Assembly: GCA_046735395.1 (NCBI GenBank)
Contig: JBJKQR010000002.1
Coordinates: 1 to 16,425, forward strand
Direction: 5' to 3'
Length of the DNA stretch: 16,425 nt
Origin: Fidelibacterota bacterium
Lineage (GTDB): Bacteria > Fidelibacterota > Fidelibacteria > Fidelibacterales > DSDE01
Part shown: positions 1 to 9,550 of the stretch, one piece after another
Numbering within the stretch: the first letter of the stretch is position 1
Layout: every line of letters begins with the position of its first letter
Notes under the pieces: generated by a model
Database searches by the model: none
What the model was told of the DNA's origin: nothing
Seen by the model: the letters and a program-made list of their open reading frames with translations, nothing else
Made by a program: the position numbers and the translations under genes

Positions 1-63
1 CGCAGAGCCTATTCCGATTCTGAAACCGTAAAAGAAATCATTAAGCCCTATGAAACTGTCTGA
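1..63 (+). CDS. murE: 3' end of probable UDP-MurNAc-tripeptide synthetase MurE (partial)
   Basis: Frame 1 is open from base 1 and reads RRAYSDSETVKEIIKPYETV* (TGA 61-63). This resembles the MurE C-terminus (F/Y-D/S-D-x-E-x-V). It overlaps the murF start by 14 nt and sits in the canonical position upstream of murF. Confidence 0.7.
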   Translation, partial: RRAYSDSETVKEIIKPYETV

Positions 64-1411
64 ACTGTTACAGGCCGCAGATACCCGGGACTGGCAGATT
101 CCCGACTCAGATCCTGACCTTATCCGGGCAGTGATCGACAGCCGGGACTGCAGTGAAGGTACGATTTTCTGCCCCCTGAAGGGCGAACATGCGGACGGCC
201 ATGATTTCATTCCCGCCGCTTTTGACAAAGGCGCCTCCGCATCCTTTACAGCAAAATCCGTTTATGTACAGCATCCGGAATGGCATCACTTTCCGCTGAT
301 TGTTGTCCCGGATCCGCTCACAGCCTTGCAGACTCTGGCCATCGCAAAAAAGAAACGTGTATCTCCCCGGATCATCGCTATTACCGGCTCGGTCGGAAAA
401 ACCACCACACGGCGGATGCTCGCCCACATTCTTGAATCAGATTTTACCGTCAGCCAGAGTGAAAAGAATTTCAACAACGCCATCGGGCTTCCCATATCAC
501 TCTTCAATATCCGTGAAAACGCGCAGATCGCCGTTCTGGAAATGGGGGCAAATCATCCGGGTGAGATTGCGGATCTCTGCCGCATCGCGCCTCCGGATCT
601 CGCGCTCATCACCTGCATCGCACCGGCACATATAGAGGGATTCGGAAGTATTGAGGCCATACGGAAGGCAAAATTCGAAATTTTTAATAACGCCCATCCG
701 GATGCCACGCTCTTCATCAATGCGGATGATGAACATATATCGCAGTATCAGCCCTCCGCCAGGATGAAAGCCCTGACCTACAGTCTCTCCGGATCCGCGG
801 ATTACAGTTTTACAACGGAAACAAAAAACGGTGAGCTGAGCCTCAGCATCGAAGGCCGGGAACTGATGTTGCCGGGGAGCAGCCCTGCACTGGCCCGGAA
901 TGCCGCTGCCGCCTATTCCGTCTGCCACAGCCTGGGTATGTCACATGAAAGCATTGCTGAAAAAATCCTGAATTTCCCGACACCCGTGGGACGCGGCAAT
1001 ATCATTCACCTTGCAGGAGCAATGCTGATCAATGATGCTTACAATGCCAGTCCCGTTTCGCTGGCGAATGCTGTTGCGACCCTTCAGAACATGAATTGCG
1101 CCGGCCGTAAAAAAGTCGTGTTCGGCGATATGCTGGAGCTGGGCAGTGCAAGCGATGAGGCCCATCGCGTGGCAGGACGCCTTCTGGCTGGCGCCGGTTT
1201 CAGTGAACTCATCTGCTGCGGGCCCAACGCGGAACTTACCGCCAGAGAAGCTCAGGTCGCCGGCATGTCATCCCTTCATTATTTCAGAGAAAAAAAAGGG
1301 ATTGCCGATCTGATCGCTGCAGATCTGCAGCCGGGTGACTGCATTCTGTTCAAGGCTTCCCGCGGCCTTGCACTTGAAACCATTATTGAAGAATTGAAAA
1401 CAAAGTTATGA
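50..1411 (+). CDS. murF: UDP-N-acetylmuramoyl-tripeptide--D-alanyl-D-alanine ligase
   Basis: IDSR, DGHDF, P-loop ITGSVGKTTT, NFNNAIGLP, LEMGANHPGEI, DAYNASP, GDMLELG, KASRG; position before mraY. Confidence 0.96.
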   Translation: MKLSELLQAADTRDWQIPDSDPDLIRAVIDSRDCSEGTIFCPLKGEHADGHDFIPAAFDKGASASFTAKSVYVQHPEWHHFPLIVVPDPLTALQTLAIAKKKRVSPRIIAITGSVGKTTTRRMLAHILESDFTVSQSEKNFNNAIGLPISLFNIRENAQIAVLEMGANHPGEIADLCRIAPPDLALITCIAPAHIEGFGSIEAIRKAKFEIFNNAHPDATLFINADDEHISQYQPSARMKALTYSLSGSADYSFTTETKNGELSLSIEGRELMLPGSSPALARNAAAAYSVCHSLGMSHESIAEKILNFPTPVGRGNIIHLAGAMLINDAYNASPVSLANAVATLQNMNCAGRKKVVFGDMLELGSASDEAHRVAGRLLAGAGFSELICCGPNAELTAREAQVAGMSSLHYFREKKGIADLIAADLQPGDCILFKASRGLALETIIEELKTKL

Positions 1412-1444
1412 GGCATTTTCACATACATCGCATGAGGGGGAAGC

Positions 1445-2548
1445 ATGTTATATAGGCTGATTTTTCCGTTGAGGGATCATCTGTCCGGCCTGAATATCGT
1501 CGGATACATATCATTTCGCGCAGTGGCCGCCGGTATTACCGCGCTGGTCATCAGTTTTCTTTTCGGGCCAGCCATTATCCGCAGCCTGAAACGTCATCAC
1601 ATCGGTGAAACGATTCGAAGTGACGGGCCTCAGACACACCTGAGCAAAGCCGGAACACCAACCATGGGCGGCCTGCTCATCCATATCAGCGTTCTTGTTC
1701 CCACGCTGCTGTTTGCGGATCTTTCAAACCTGTTCATCCGCATCGTACTGGCCGCCACCATCTGGATGGGACTCATCGGCTTCGTCGATGATTATCTGAA
1801 AGTCGTGCGAAAATTGAAAAAGGGACTGATTGCGCGCTATAAATTTGCCGGCCAGACCCTGCTGGGCCTTCTCATCGGATTCATTCTGTTCGCCTACCCC
1901 GTCATACCGGATCTGAACGCCTCCACAACGATTCCCTTCATCAAAAGTCATTTTCTGGATTTCGGCCCTTTTTACATTCTGTTTGTCATGCTGGTCATCA
2001 ATGGTTCATCCAATGCGGTGAATCTGACAGACGGACTGGATGGGCTGGCAGCAGGACTGATGGCTATTTCAGCCGCGGTCTTCGGCCTGATTGCCTATAT
2101 CAGCGGCCGCGTGGACTACAGCCACTATCTAAATATTCTCTATCTGCCCGGCAGCGGTGAACTTGCCATATTTCTCACGGCCATGTTCGGAGGTATGATC
2201 GGCTTCCTCTGGTTCAACGCAAAACCGGCAGAAGTATTCATGGGCGATGTGGGGTCCCTGGCCTATGGAGCGGCTCTGGGTGCCGTATCGGTGCTCCTTA
2301 AAAAAGAACTGCTGCTCTTTCTCATCGGCGCCGTTTTCGTGATGGAAGCAGTCAGCGTCATGCTCCAGATCGGATGGTTCCGCTTTACCCGGATGCGCAC
2401 AGGTACGGGCCGCCGGATTTTCAGGATGGCTCCGCTCCACCACCATTTTGAACAGCTGGGCTGGGCGGAAAGTAAAATTGTAACCCGCTTCTGGATTCTG
2501 GGTATTCTCTTCGCCATGGTTTCTCTGGCCACATTTAAAATCAGGTAG
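1445..2548 (+). CDS. mraY: phospho-N-acetylmuramoyl-pentapeptide transferase
   Basis: Multi-TM protein with KAGTPTMGG, DDYLK, NAVNLTDGLDGLA, FMGDVGS, MAPLHHHFE; G-rich SD (GAGGGGG) just upstream. Confidence 0.98.
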   Translation: MLYRLIFPLRDHLSGLNIVGYISFRAVAAGITALVISFLFGPAIIRSLKRHHIGETIRSDGPQTHLSKAGTPTMGGLLIHISVLVPTLLFADLSNLFIRIVLAATIWMGLIGFVDDYLKVVRKLKKGLIARYKFAGQTLLGLLIGFILFAYPVIPDLNASTTIPFIKSHFLDFGPFYILFVMLVINGSSNAVNLTDGLDGLAAGLMAISAAVFGLIAYISGRVDYSHYLNILYLPGSGELAIFLTAMFGGMIGFLWFNAKPAEVFMGDVGSLAYGAALGAVSVLLKKELLLFLIGAVFVMEAVSVMLQIGWFRFTRMRTGTGRRIFRMAPLHHHFEQLGWAESKIVTRFWILGILFAMVSLATFKIR

Positions 2549-2551
2549 GAC

Positions 2552-3898
2552 ATGATTTATCTGAAGGATAAAAAAATTCTCGTATTGGGCGCCGGACGCA
2601 GCGGCGTCTCGGTTGCTGAACTCCTGAAATCCCGGGGAGCGCGGGTGCTGCTTTATGACAGCAGTGAGGCTCTGAAGGACAACCGGGAGCTGGTGGACAG
2701 CCTGCTGAAGGCGGAAATCCCTTTCGTATTCAGTGCAGATCCCGTCGAAAATGACGAGTATGAATTCTGCGTCATCAGTCCGGGTATTCCCGACAATGCA
2801 CCCATCCTGACCCATATTCGTGATTCGGTCCCCCTTGTTTCCGAAATTGAAGTCGCATTCTGGTTCTGCAACGCTCCGGTCATCGCCATCTCCGGTTCCA
2901 ATGGCAAATCAACAGTCACCACACTGATCGCCCTGCTGCTGCAGAACAGCGGCGTTCCCTCCGTGGCCTGCGGAAACATCGGATTCTCATTCTCCAGGGC
3001 CGTCCTTTCCAATACCGATTCGCCTCAGCCACCCGTCTATGTGGTGGAAGTATCCAGTTTTCAGCTCGAACATATTTCCCTGTTTTCCCCCAATACATCC
3101 GTCCTTCTGAATATTACACCCGATCATCTGGACCGTTATCCGGACTTTGCCGCCTATCGCAATGCCAAGCTGAATCTCCTCAATCATCAGGGCCAGATGC
3201 AGCGGGCTGTTCTCAATATGGATGACGCGAATATCCGAGATCATGTACGCAGCAAAGCCAGCCGTTGTCCCGTCTCACGGCAGCGGGCCGAAGGACAGAT
3301 TGCCTGGTATGCAGACGGCAGCCTGCACTGGCAGATCAGCGGAAATGAAAATCAGCTGCATGAATCCGAAATCAAACTTCCCGGTGAACATAATAAATAT
3401 AATATCATGATGGCTGTCTCGGCGGTACTGCCCTTTCTCGCTGATGACAGGGGCCTGATCTCGACGCTCCGATCCTTCGCCGGCATCCCCCACCGTCTGG
3501 AATTCTGCAGGGAACTGGACGGCGTATCCTGGTACAATGATTCAAAAGCCACCAATCTGGATTCGGTGCTTGCTGCCGTCACCAGTTTCAGCGATGGAAT
3601 TCACCTGATTCTGGGCGGAAAGGATAAAGCCGGGGACTTCACTGTTCTTCGTCCGTATCTGGATCGCATCAAAGCCATTTATACCATCGGTCAGGCAGCA
3701 GAGAAGATTCGCTCCCAGCTCCTTCCCTATCCGGTCACATCCTGCGAGACCCTTGACAATGCCATATCACAGGCACGTGAATCGGCCGTATCGGGCGACA
3801 GGGTTCTGCTGTCCCCCGGCTGCGCCAGCTTTGACCAGTTCCTGAATTTTGAAGACCGTGGCAATCAGTTCAAAATACTTGTGGAGGCGCTTTCATGA
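2552..3898 (+). CDS. murD: UDP-N-acetylmuramoyl-L-alanine--D-glutamate ligase
   Basis: VLGAGRSG, ISPGIP, GSNGKST, GNIG, EVSSFQL, NITPDHLDRY, NDSKATN, LLSPGCASFDQF. Confidence 0.97.
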   Translation: MIYLKDKKILVLGAGRSGVSVAELLKSRGARVLLYDSSEALKDNRELVDSLLKAEIPFVFSADPVENDEYEFCVISPGIPDNAPILTHIRDSVPLVSEIEVAFWFCNAPVIAISGSNGKSTVTTLIALLLQNSGVPSVACGNIGFSFSRAVLSNTDSPQPPVYVVEVSSFQLEHISLFSPNTSVLLNITPDHLDRYPDFAAYRNAKLNLLNHQGQMQRAVLNMDDANIRDHVRSKASRCPVSRQRAEGQIAWYADGSLHWQISGNENQLHESEIKLPGEHNKYNIMMAVSAVLPFLADDRGLISTLRSFAGIPHRLEFCRELDGVSWYNDSKATNLDSVLAAVTSFSDGIHLILGGKDKAGDFTVLRPYLDRIKAIYTIGQAAEKIRSQLLPYPVTSCETLDNAISQARESAVSGDRVLLSPGCASFDQFLNFEDRGNQFKILVEALS

Positions 3899-4992
3899 AC
3901 AGGAGCAGGGCTCTGGAATATTATATTTTTAAAGGCGTTCTGGCCATTCTGGTCGCGTTCGGAATGATTATGCTGTTTTCAGCCAGCAGCCGCATCAGTT
4001 TTTATAAATATGACAGCAGCAGCGTTATTTTTCTCCGTCACCTTACGCGCATGCTGGCAGCCCTGATCCTGGGAATTGCCGCATACCGGATTGATTATCA
4101 GCTCATTCGAAAAGCCAATGCCTTTTTCTTTTTCGCTGCCCTGGCCGTGGTAATCTATCCGCTGCTTTCCAAGCTGGCCCATCCCGGCTCCCCGCCGGCC
4201 CGCTGGATAGCCATCGGGAGTTTTTCATTTCAAACTGCTGAAATTGCCCGCTTTGCTCTCATCATCTTTATTTCAAATTACCTGGCCAAGCATCAGGAAA
4301 ATATTCGTGACCTCCGGGAAGGATTTATGCCCGTCGCCGTGGTTATGATCGGATTCATCTCTCTGCTGGCGCTTGCACCGGATTTTTCCACCGCGGCAAT
4401 CCTCTACCTTATTTTCATGGTCATGATTTACGCTGGGGGAGCCCGGCTCAGTCATATTCTCTCCGTGAGCGGAATCGCTGCCGTTGTAGGCCTGATCTAT
4501 ATCCGCATGGCGGATTACCGCTGGGCCCGCATCCTGTCCTTTTTCGACCCGGAAGCCAATAAAAAGGCCTCCTACCAGGTAACCCAATCCCTCATCAGTC
4601 TCGGAAACGGTGGTTTCTTCGGCCAGTCCCTCGGTGCCAGCTACGGAAAAAACATGTATCTTCCCGAAGCTCATACGGATTTTATCTTTTCCATCATCGG
4701 TGAGGAATGGGGCTTTCTCGGTACCGCCCTCACCATTCTTCTCTTTGTCATTCTCTTCCTGTCACTCTATCGTCTGACAGAACGGATTCATGATATTTTT
4801 GCGCGGCTCGTTATTTTCAGCACGGCTTTCAGCATTCTTCTCTACGCTCTGGTCAACGCAGCCGTCTGCGTGCGCATCTTCCCCGTTACCGGACTGCCCA
4901 TGCCATTTGTCAGTTATTCCGGTTCTCAGCTCATTGTCAACAGCGCGCTGCTCGGCATTGTTTTCAACATACTCCATCAGGAAAAAATATGA
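3895..4992 (+). CDS. ftsW: SEDS family peptidoglycan polymerase FtsW
   Basis: Multi-TM protein with ARWI, YQVTQS...GNGG, YLPEAHTDFIFSIIGEEWG, PVTGLPMPFVSY; lies between murD and murG with ATGA overlaps at both ends. Confidence 0.93.
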   Translation: MNRSRALEYYIFKGVLAILVAFGMIMLFSASSRISFYKYDSSSVIFLRHLTRMLAALILGIAAYRIDYQLIRKANAFFFFAALAVVIYPLLSKLAHPGSPPARWIAIGSFSFQTAEIARFALIIFISNYLAKHQENIRDLREGFMPVAVVMIGFISLLALAPDFSTAAILYLIFMVMIYAGGARLSHILSVSGIAAVVGLIYIRMADYRWARILSFFDPEANKKASYQVTQSLISLGNGGFFGQSLGASYGKNMYLPEAHTDFIFSIIGEEWGFLGTALTILLFVILFLSLYRLTERIHDIFARLVIFSTAFSILLYALVNAAVCVRIFPVTGLPMPFVSYSGSQLIVNSALLGIVFNILHQEKI

Positions 4993-6137
4993 TACAGACA
5001 GGTGACGAAATAAAGACAATCGTCGTAGCCGGAGGAGGAACCGGCGGCCATTTCTATCCGGCCATCGCCATTGCACAGGCCTGTGAAGCCCGTTTTAAAT
5101 CCCTTCACCCGGACCAGACGCTTTCCATTCATTATATCGGTTCGAGCCTGGGCATTGAAAATCGTCTGATTCATTCCTATCCCTATACTCACCAACTTGT
5201 AAAAATGAAGGGCTTTCGCCGGGACATTTCTGCCGCAGCCCTGGTCAATAATGTGATATTTCTGCTTCGTACCGTCGGCGCCTATCTGTCGATACGCCGT
5301 TCACTCAGGGCATTGAAACCGCTCTGTGTCATCGGGACGGGGAGCTATGCCTCCGCCCTGCCCATCCTGGCCGCCAGACTTGAGGGAATTCCCTATTTCC
5401 TTCAGGAACAGAATGCCTATCCAGGCCTCATCACCCGACGGTTTTCCAGCCACGCCCGAACCGTTTTTTACGCCTACGAGGAGATGAAAAACTGGATACC
5501 GGGTTCTGCACGAACCCTATTCTCCGGAAATCCGGTCAGAACATCCCTGTCACCCTGCGATAAAAATGAAGCAGCCCGGGCCTTTGATCTGGATCCGAAT
5601 CTGCACACCCTGTTCATCTTTGGAGGAAGCCAGGGTTCCCGCGCCCTGAATGAAAATGCGGTAAAATTTATTCTGCCGCTTCTGAAACGATGGCCGGTGC
5701 AGGTCATCTGGCAGACAGGAGAACAGGCATTCGATACCCTGCGATCACGAATGGGAGCTCAGGACCGGCTGGTCATGAAACCCTATATCCATAATATGGA
5801 ACAGGCCTATACGCTGGCAGATCTGGTCATATCCCGCGCCGGGGCCCTCAGTCTGGCCGAATTGGTAAAAATGAAAAAACCTGCCATCCTGGTTCCTCTT
5901 CCCACTGCAGCTGCTGATCACCAGCTTCACAATGCCCGCGCTCTGGAAAAAAGCGGGGTCGTGCGGGTAGTGGAAGAAAAGGAACTGGTAGCCGGGAGCC
6001 TTTACAACGAAATTCAGACACTTCTTGACAATCCGGATCAGCTCCGGGACATGCAATCCGCCATGAATGAACAGGAAATTCCTGATACACTGGGAACCAT
6101 CACTAAACATATCTTCGGGGAGCTGAATCTTGACTGA
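4989..6137 (+). CDS. murG: undecaprenyldiphospho-muramoylpentapeptide beta-N-acetylglucosaminyltransferase
   Basis: AGGGTGGHFYPA, QEQNAYPG, GNPVR, FGGSQGS, ISRAGA, DHQLHNA. Confidence 0.97.
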   Translation: MIQTGDEIKTIVVAGGGTGGHFYPAIAIAQACEARFKSLHPDQTLSIHYIGSSLGIENRLIHSYPYTHQLVKMKGFRRDISAAALVNNVIFLLRTVGAYLSIRRSLRALKPLCVIGTGSYASALPILAARLEGIPYFLQEQNAYPGLITRRFSSHARTVFYAYEEMKNWIPGSARTLFSGNPVRTSLSPCDKNEAARAFDLDPNLHTLFIFGGSQGSRALNENAVKFILPLLKRWPVQVIWQTGEQAFDTLRSRMGAQDRLVMKPYIHNMEQAYTLADLVISRAGALSLAELVKMKKPAILVPLPTAAADHQLHNARALEKSGVVRVVEEKELVAGSLYNEIQTLLDNPDQLRDMQSAMNEQEIPDTLGTITKHIFGELNLD

Positions 6138-7518
6138 TAAATTTCTGGACAGCAAACATATATATTTCTGCGGTATCGGCGGTATCGGCATGAGCGCACT
6201 TGCCCGCCTGGCCATGAAATTCGGCGTGAAGGTCAGCGGAGCGGATGCGCAGAAAACCGCACTGACAGACAGTCTGGCAGCAGAAGGTGCGATGATATTT
6301 CCTTCTCATCATGCTGACAATATCCGGGACTGCGATCTGCTGGTATATAGCAGCGCTGTCGCTCCGGACAATCCGGAACGGATGGCTGCCGCATCAAGGG
6401 GGATCCGGTCCATGAGACGTGCGGAATTCCTGGGCCTGGTGAGCGGGAATTTCCATAGGCTGCTCGCCGTCGCCGGCACCCATGGCAAAACAACGGTATC
6501 CGGCATGCTGGCAACTGCACTGAACATGCTTGATATGGATCCCTCAGCTCTGGTCGGCGGCATCATCCGGAATTTTGACAGCAATACCCTGATCGGATCA
6601 GGACGGGAATACCTGGTCGTGGAGGCGGATGAATACGACAGAAGTTTTCTGACTCTCCATCCCTGGCTGAGCATCATTACAAATGTGGATGCCGATCATC
6701 TGGATATTTATAAGGATTTGCAGGATATCCGCTCCACATTTCTGGAATTTACCCGCAATCTTCAGCCCGGAGGGCATGTGGTGGTCTGCAGCGACCATCC
6801 CCGGCTTAAGGAGATGATGCAGGAAATGGAGCAGCCTTTCAGCTATGGGATTGATGATCCGACGGCACGGCTTCGCGCATCCGGGCTCAGAGCCGAGGGA
6901 CTGGGGACACAATTTCAGGTCCTTCTGGACGGACAGATTGCAGGCAGCTGCACGCTGCAGGTTCCCGGCCGTCACAATGTACTGAATGCCCTGGCTGTGA
7001 TTTCCGCACTGACTCTTCTGTCGGTCCCCATTGACAGGGCCATCGAAGCAATTTCTCATTTCCAGGGTATCCGCAGACGTTTTGAACTGAGACGGCAGTC
7101 CGAATCTCTGATCTTCATTGATGACTATGCCCATCACCCTGCAGAAATAGCCGCCACGCTGTCCGGCGCACGTTCCCGTCATCCCGGCAGGCTGGTGGCG
7201 GTCTTTCAGCCCCATCTGTATTCACGGACTCGTGATTTCGCCTCTGAATTTGCCGAGGCATTGTCCATTGCTGACATGATCGTCCTCACTCCCATCTATC
7301 CTGCCCGTGAAACGGAAATTCCCGGCGTAAGCAGCGATCTGATCATGCAGGGCCTGCCATCCGACCGCTCCCATCTGGTACAGGATGTGAAGGATTTGAA
7401 GAATTTTCTTCCCCCCATCCTGCTCCCCGGCGATATGATCCTCTGCCTGGGTGCCGGAAATCTGTCCTTCCTGATTGATGAAATTGCAGATGCCTGCATA
7501 GAAAAAACCGGAAATTAA
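6130..7518 (+). CDS. murC: UDP-N-acetylmuramate--L-alanine ligase
   Basis: GIGGIGMSALA, AGTHGKTT, VEADEYDRSF, DHLDIY, DDYAHHP, FQPHLYSRT. TTG start preceded by GGGGAG (6117-6122); overlaps murG by 8 nt. Confidence 0.97.
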   Translation: MTDKFLDSKHIYFCGIGGIGMSALARLAMKFGVKVSGADAQKTALTDSLAAEGAMIFPSHHADNIRDCDLLVYSSAVAPDNPERMAAASRGIRSMRRAEFLGLVSGNFHRLLAVAGTHGKTTVSGMLATALNMLDMDPSALVGGIIRNFDSNTLIGSGREYLVVEADEYDRSFLTLHPWLSIITNVDADHLDIYKDLQDIRSTFLEFTRNLQPGGHVVVCSDHPRLKEMMQEMEQPFSYGIDDPTARLRASGLRAEGLGTQFQVLLDGQIAGSCTLQVPGRHNVLNALAVISALTLLSVPIDRAIEAISHFQGIRRRFELRRQSESLIFIDDYAHHPAEIAATLSGARSRHPGRLVAVFQPHLYSRTRDFASEFAEALSIADMIVLTPIYPARETEIPGVSSDLIMQGLPSDRSHLVQDVKDLKNFLPPILLPGDMILCLGAGNLSFLIDEIADACIEKTGN

Positions 7519-7519
7519 A

Positions 7520-8269
7520 ATGTTACACCTTCCAGACAGACACCTTGACGGAATCAAATATTCGCTCGCGGCAGTGACGATCCTGCTTCTGGCAATCACG
7601 GCTTTCAAATATGCCCGCTTGCAGCACGTATTCCTGATCCGGACTATTGAAATCAGCGGCCGGAATGAAGTGAACGAAGGGGATCTCATGAGCCGCAGTA
7701 AAATCCGCTGCGGCATGAATATCTTCCATACGGATATCGCCGGAACCATTCATCTGCTCCGGGATCATCCCTACATCTGGGACGCCCACGTGAATACGGT
7801 CCTGCCGGATAAGGTGGAGATCGAAATATTCGAACGTGAACCGGAAGCATTGCTGAAACTGGAAAACATCTACGCACTGGATAAATTCGCCACGCTGCTT
7901 CCTCCGCCTGCCCATTCCCCGGATTTACCTGCCATTACAGGGATTACGGCCGTTCACCGTCTCCACGTGGCGGAAAAGGTAAAACACCCCCTGATCCGGG
8001 AAGCGCTCCACATGATTACACTCACCCATAAGTCATTCCCTCTGATTCGGAAAAACCTTTCCGAACTCCACTGGGACGAAAAAAATACATCCTGGATTGC
8101 AATATTCAACGGCCGTCCTCAGCCCCGAATCTATCTGGGCAATGAAGACCTGAATGACAGGCTGCTGATTCTTGAGCGATATCTGGACAAAGCCAGGGTT
8201 GAGCACCGGGATCTCAGGCACCTGGAGTATATTGATTTGCGGTACAAGGATCAAATTCTTGAAAAGTGA
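7520..8269 (+). CDS. ftsQ: cell division protein FtsQ/DivIB
   Basis: Short N-tail, one TM helix, POTRA-like segment (IEISGRN...HPYIWDAHV...LPDKVEIEIFEREP) and C-terminal YIDLRYKDQI motif; lies between murC and ftsA. Confidence 0.9.
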   Translation: MLHLPDRHLDGIKYSLAAVTILLLAITAFKYARLQHVFLIRTIEISGRNEVNEGDLMSRSKIRCGMNIFHTDIAGTIHLLRDHPYIWDAHVNTVLPDKVEIEIFEREPEALLKLENIYALDKFATLLPPPAHSPDLPAITGITAVHRLHVAEKVKHPLIREALHMITLTHKSFPLIRKNLSELHWDEKNTSWIAIFNGRPQPRIYLGNEDLNDRLLILERYLDKARVEHRDLRHLEYIDLRYKDQILEK

Positions 8270-8278
8270 TGGAAAACC

Positions 8279-9541
8279 ATGGGACATGAAAATAACATAG
8301 TTTTGGGACTTGACATCGGCACCACAAAGATTTGTGCCGTCATCGCCGAATATGACCGGGAAGAACAGTCATATAATATCCTCGGAATCGGACGCGCAGA
8401 GTCCAGAGGATTGAAGCGCGGTGTGGTCGTGGACGTGAGTGAAACGAAAACCTCCATCAAACAGGCCATCTCCCAGGCACAGGTCGAGGCGGAAATCACT
8501 ACACATGAAGCCTGTATCGGCATTGCCGGAGATCATATTCACAGCCTGGATTACGATGCCACCATTGAAGTGAGCTACAAGGACGATCTGGGGCAGATTA
8601 TTGATGAAAATGATGTTGAAAATGTTCTGGAAAAGGCCAAAAAGTTCAATCTGGCTCCGGAGCGGGAAATCATTCACGCCATACCCAAGAGTTTCCATAT
8701 CGACAATGAAGGAGAATGCCTCAATCCGCAGGGCATGAGCGGTACCACCCTGACCGTGAATGCACATATCATTCATGGTGTGAAGAATACCATAAAGAAC
8801 CTGAGACACTGCGTGAATTCTACGGCGCTGAATGTCCGCAAGATTGTCCTGGAGCCCCTGGCTTCCGCACGGGCGGTCCTTTCACGCGAACAGCAGGAGC
8901 TGGGTGTCGCGCTCATTGATATCGGCGGCGGCACAAGCGATGTGGTCATCTATCAGGAAGGGGCACTCATCTATACCGGAATTATCGGCTACGGAGGCGC
9001 CATTATAACCAAGGATATCGCCACCATCATTCAGACCGGGCTGGCGGATGCCGAGAGAGTCAAGATTGAGCAGGCCTGGGCCTCAGTTCAGCAGGCAGAA
9101 ATTCATGGTGTGGAAGATGTTGTGGTAAAATCAATTTCGGGAGAAGATGAAATTCACACCGATTCCCATAAAATTTCCGAATACACCCAGGCGCGGATGC
9201 AGGAAATCCTGAAAATGGCCTATACGATGATCACGCAGCATGTCAATCTGTCACATCTTTCCGCCGGTATTGTCCTGACGGGAGGTGGCAGCATGCTCCG
9301 CGGCTTGCCCGAAATGGCCAGAACCATTTTCGGCACGACCGTCACTGTAGGCTACCCAAACAAGCTGCCCGGCCTGGAAAGCAGCCACCTCAGCCCCGAG
9401 TACGCCACGGCAGTGGGTCTCATTTCCTGGTGTGCACCGGATGGGGCAGGACAGAAATCCCTGTCCTTTCCTAAAAAGGATAATAACTCCGGTAATCTGA
9501 AAAAGATTTTCCGTAACATTTTTTCAAAAGATTTATTTTAA
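8279..9541 (+). CDS. ftsA: cell division protein FtsA
   Basis: Actin-like motifs GLDIGTTKIC, IDIGGGTSD, IVLTGGGS, PEYATAVGL; C-terminal amphipathic helix LKKIFRNIFSKDLF. Confidence 0.97.
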   Translation: MGHENNIVLGLDIGTTKICAVIAEYDREEQSYNILGIGRAESRGLKRGVVVDVSETKTSIKQAISQAQVEAEITTHEACIGIAGDHIHSLDYDATIEVSYKDDLGQIIDENDVENVLEKAKKFNLAPEREIIHAIPKSFHIDNEGECLNPQGMSGTTLTVNAHIIHGVKNTIKNLRHCVNSTALNVRKIVLEPLASARAVLSREQQELGVALIDIGGGTSDVVIYQEGALIYTGIIGYGGAIITKDIATIIQTGLADAERVKIEQAWASVQQAEIHGVEDVVVKSISGEDEIHTDSHKISEYTQARMQEILKMAYTMITQHVNLSHLSAGIVLTGGGSMLRGLPEMARTIFGTTVTVGYPNKLPGLESSHLSPEYATAVGLISWCAPDGAGQKSLSFPKKDNNSGNLKKIFRNIFSKDLF

Positions 9542-9547
9542 GGAGGT
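9539..9547 (+). promoter_or_regulatory. Shine-Dalgarno site of ftsZ
   Basis: TAAGGAGGT, a full consensus anti-SD complement, overlapping the ftsA TAA stop and ending 3 nt before the ftsZ ATG. Confidence 0.85.
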
Positions 9548-9550
9548 CTT

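Noticed and set aside
346..352. In-frame A_AAA_AAG slippery heptamer in murF (also A8 at 1290-1297)
   Set aside because: No upstream internal SD or strong downstream stimulatory structure is visible. A -1 shift would truncate an essential enzyme, and Lys-Lys codons explain the sequence.
2129..2815. 228-aa antisense ORF and the other short antisense/alternate-frame ORFs in the track (e.g. 6598-7215, 9554-10165, 11538-12203, 15440-16027)
   Set aside because: They lie over clearly identified genes and show no family motifs.
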